Shown here one piece after another: positions 62,628 through 64,000 of a stretch of DNA of 64,000 nt; the first letter of the stretch is position 1, and each line of letters opens with the position of its first letter. The DNA is from Babesia bigemina (Eukaryota): the NCBI RefSeq assembly GCF_000981445.1, contig NC_027216.1, forward strand, positions 1,488,001 to 1,552,000. The letters are read 5' to 3'. The position numbers were made by a program, and so were the translations under genes. The notes beneath the pieces were generated by a model. It had not been told where the DNA came from, did not search any database, and saw only the letters and a program-made list of their open reading frames with translations.

Positions 62628-63603
62628 ATGGTGGCGGAGCGCACGGTTTTGTCGCTCATCACTAGCCACCCCGGCGATGTGCTCTGTCTAATGCTGTTTG
62701 CGCCGCTCGCGCTGCTGCAGTCGAAGCTACAACGCCGAAGGGGCGGCAAGCTGTGGACCGCTGCGGTCGTGGCGCTGCTGATATCGCTTGAGGTGTGTTC
62801 CCGCCGTTCGTCGTCTAACTGGCTCAGACTTTCCTGTACATCAACGGCCGCATTATTGTGATCCTACTCAGCCTGCCCCTCATCATATGTTCACGTCGCA
62901 TGTGCGTGCCTGCCGTCACGGGTGGCATCGGCAGCGGGAAGAGTACGCTGGGTGAGTCGCATGTTTCCCGCTCACACAAGTCGCTGCAGCGAGGGTTCTG
63001 GCGGACAACGGGTACACGGTGGTCGACTGTGACGCGATAAATCGCGAGGTAGGTTCGCTCCGGGGTTTTAAAGCACCGACTACAGCTGCTGCTGCCGGGT
63101 TCGCCCGCCTACGCCAGCATCATCCGCAAGTTCGGCGCGGGCATCGTGCTCGACAACGGCGAGATAGACCGAGCCCAGCTGCGCGAGATCGTGTTCAACA
63201 ACGAGGCGAGGCGGCTGGAGCTAAACAAGTGCCTGCACAAGTACATCGGCTTGCGCGTGATTTGGAACATTTTCAAGTACCGGGTGCTGCTGTGGAGGTC
63301 GCGTGTCGGTAAGTGCGCTATTGTGCGATGCTATCGGTCGCAGTTCTGGACGTGCCGCTACTGTACAACACGCCGTTGGTGTTCGTCAGCAGCCCCGTCG
63401 TGGTGGTGGTCTCGCCCGTGGAGAGCCGCCTGGAGCGCCTGATGTCCCGGGACGGCACGGTGCCGCGGGCGACGCTGCAGAACATCATCAAGGCGCAGGT
63501 GTCGGACGACGTGCTCTGCGCCTGGGGAGATATCATCCTCGACAACAGCCAGAGCCAGGAGGAGTTCGTGGAGCAAGTGGAGTCTCTCATCTCGAGCCTG
63601 TAG
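62628..63603 (+). CDS. coaE: Dephospho-CoA kinase with hydrophobic N-terminal extension, multi-exon
   Basis: VTGGIGSGKST|..VVDCDAINRE|..FG..IVLDNGEIDRAQLREIVFNN..RLELNKCLH|VLDVPLLY..RLERLMSRDG..IIKAQ..IILDNS. Confidence 0.92.
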
Positions 63604-63863
63604 TGATCTAAACTCAGGACGTAGCCGTGTAGTTTGTATTTTAACTGCAGCCACCCCCGTGCCTGCACCGCCATGATGTGCAAGACCCCGGTGCCGATGG
63701 CGCGCGTGGAGGGCGGTGTTTAGTGATTCTGGAGTTTGGCGCGCCCCGTCTTTATTACACACGGATTTCAGGCGCAATTTACTGTGTACTAATAATTCGA
63801 AATCGCTCCGTTACGTCGCTATCGGTTTGCCATAGGTCGTACTGTACTTACACCTGGGCTAAG

Positions 63864-64000
63864 ATGGATGGTCAGAATAGCATGCAACAGCTCCAGGAGC
63901 TCCTGGCGATGGAGGGAAATGGCGTATGCTTCGACTGCGGCGCTAGCGGCCCGTCCTGGGTCTCCCTGTCGCACGGCAGCTTCATCTGCCTCAGCTGCTC
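63864..64000 (+). CDS. ADP-ribosylation factor GTPase-activating protein (5' part; runs off the window end)
   Basis: MDGQNSMQQLQELLAMEGNGVCFDCGASGPSWVSLSHGSFICLSC, the ArfGAP CxxC-x16-CxxC zinc finger. Confidence 0.9.
   Translation, partial: MDGQNSMQQLQELLAMEGNGVCFDCGASGPSWVSLSHGSFICLSC

Noticed and set aside
1..64000. tRNA, rRNA, CRISPR arrays, transposases and prokaryotic defence systems
   Set aside because: None was recognised by eye in this eukaryotic, intron-rich window. A tRNAscan-SE/Rfam run would be needed to exclude small RNAs.

Overview
Eukaryotic, gene-dense chromosomal DNA from a piroplasmid apicomplexan, most likely Babesia sensu stricto (B. ovata/B. bigemina-like). The basis is the many 33-42 nt GT-AG introns, very short intergenic spacers, apparently apicoplast-targeted proteins and a ves-like relic. 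About 26 protein-coding genes can be supported. In order they are: a ZNF598/Hel2-like RING protein, RMND5/Gid2, a divergent cytoplasmic-type dynein heavy chain, a hidden 78-aa membrane microprotein, AP-4 beta, Trm7, Brx1, Nmd3, SRP9, Tat-SF1, two hypothetical proteins, TBCK, a FENxP-repeat protein, Dbp7, Nse4, PI4K-beta, a hypothetical protein, a Cys-rich membrane microprotein, an MFS transporter, AsnRS, Eme1, PPWD1, a CCCH zinc-finger protein, Cwc24, dephospho-CoA kinase and ArfGAP. The most notable structure is an AT-rich accessory island (~43.8-51.5 kb) holding the Cys-rich microprotein, the MFS gene and, in divergent orientation to the MFS, a frameshifted ves-like variant-antigen relic. 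Also notable are a dynein with degenerate AAA3/AAA4 sites whose stop codon overlaps the stop of the antisense microprotein gene, and an undescribed-looking tandem-repeat protein. No tRNA, rRNA, CRISPR or transposon was recognised. All family assignments come from motif recognition by eye, not from database searches. Exon boundaries were read manually.
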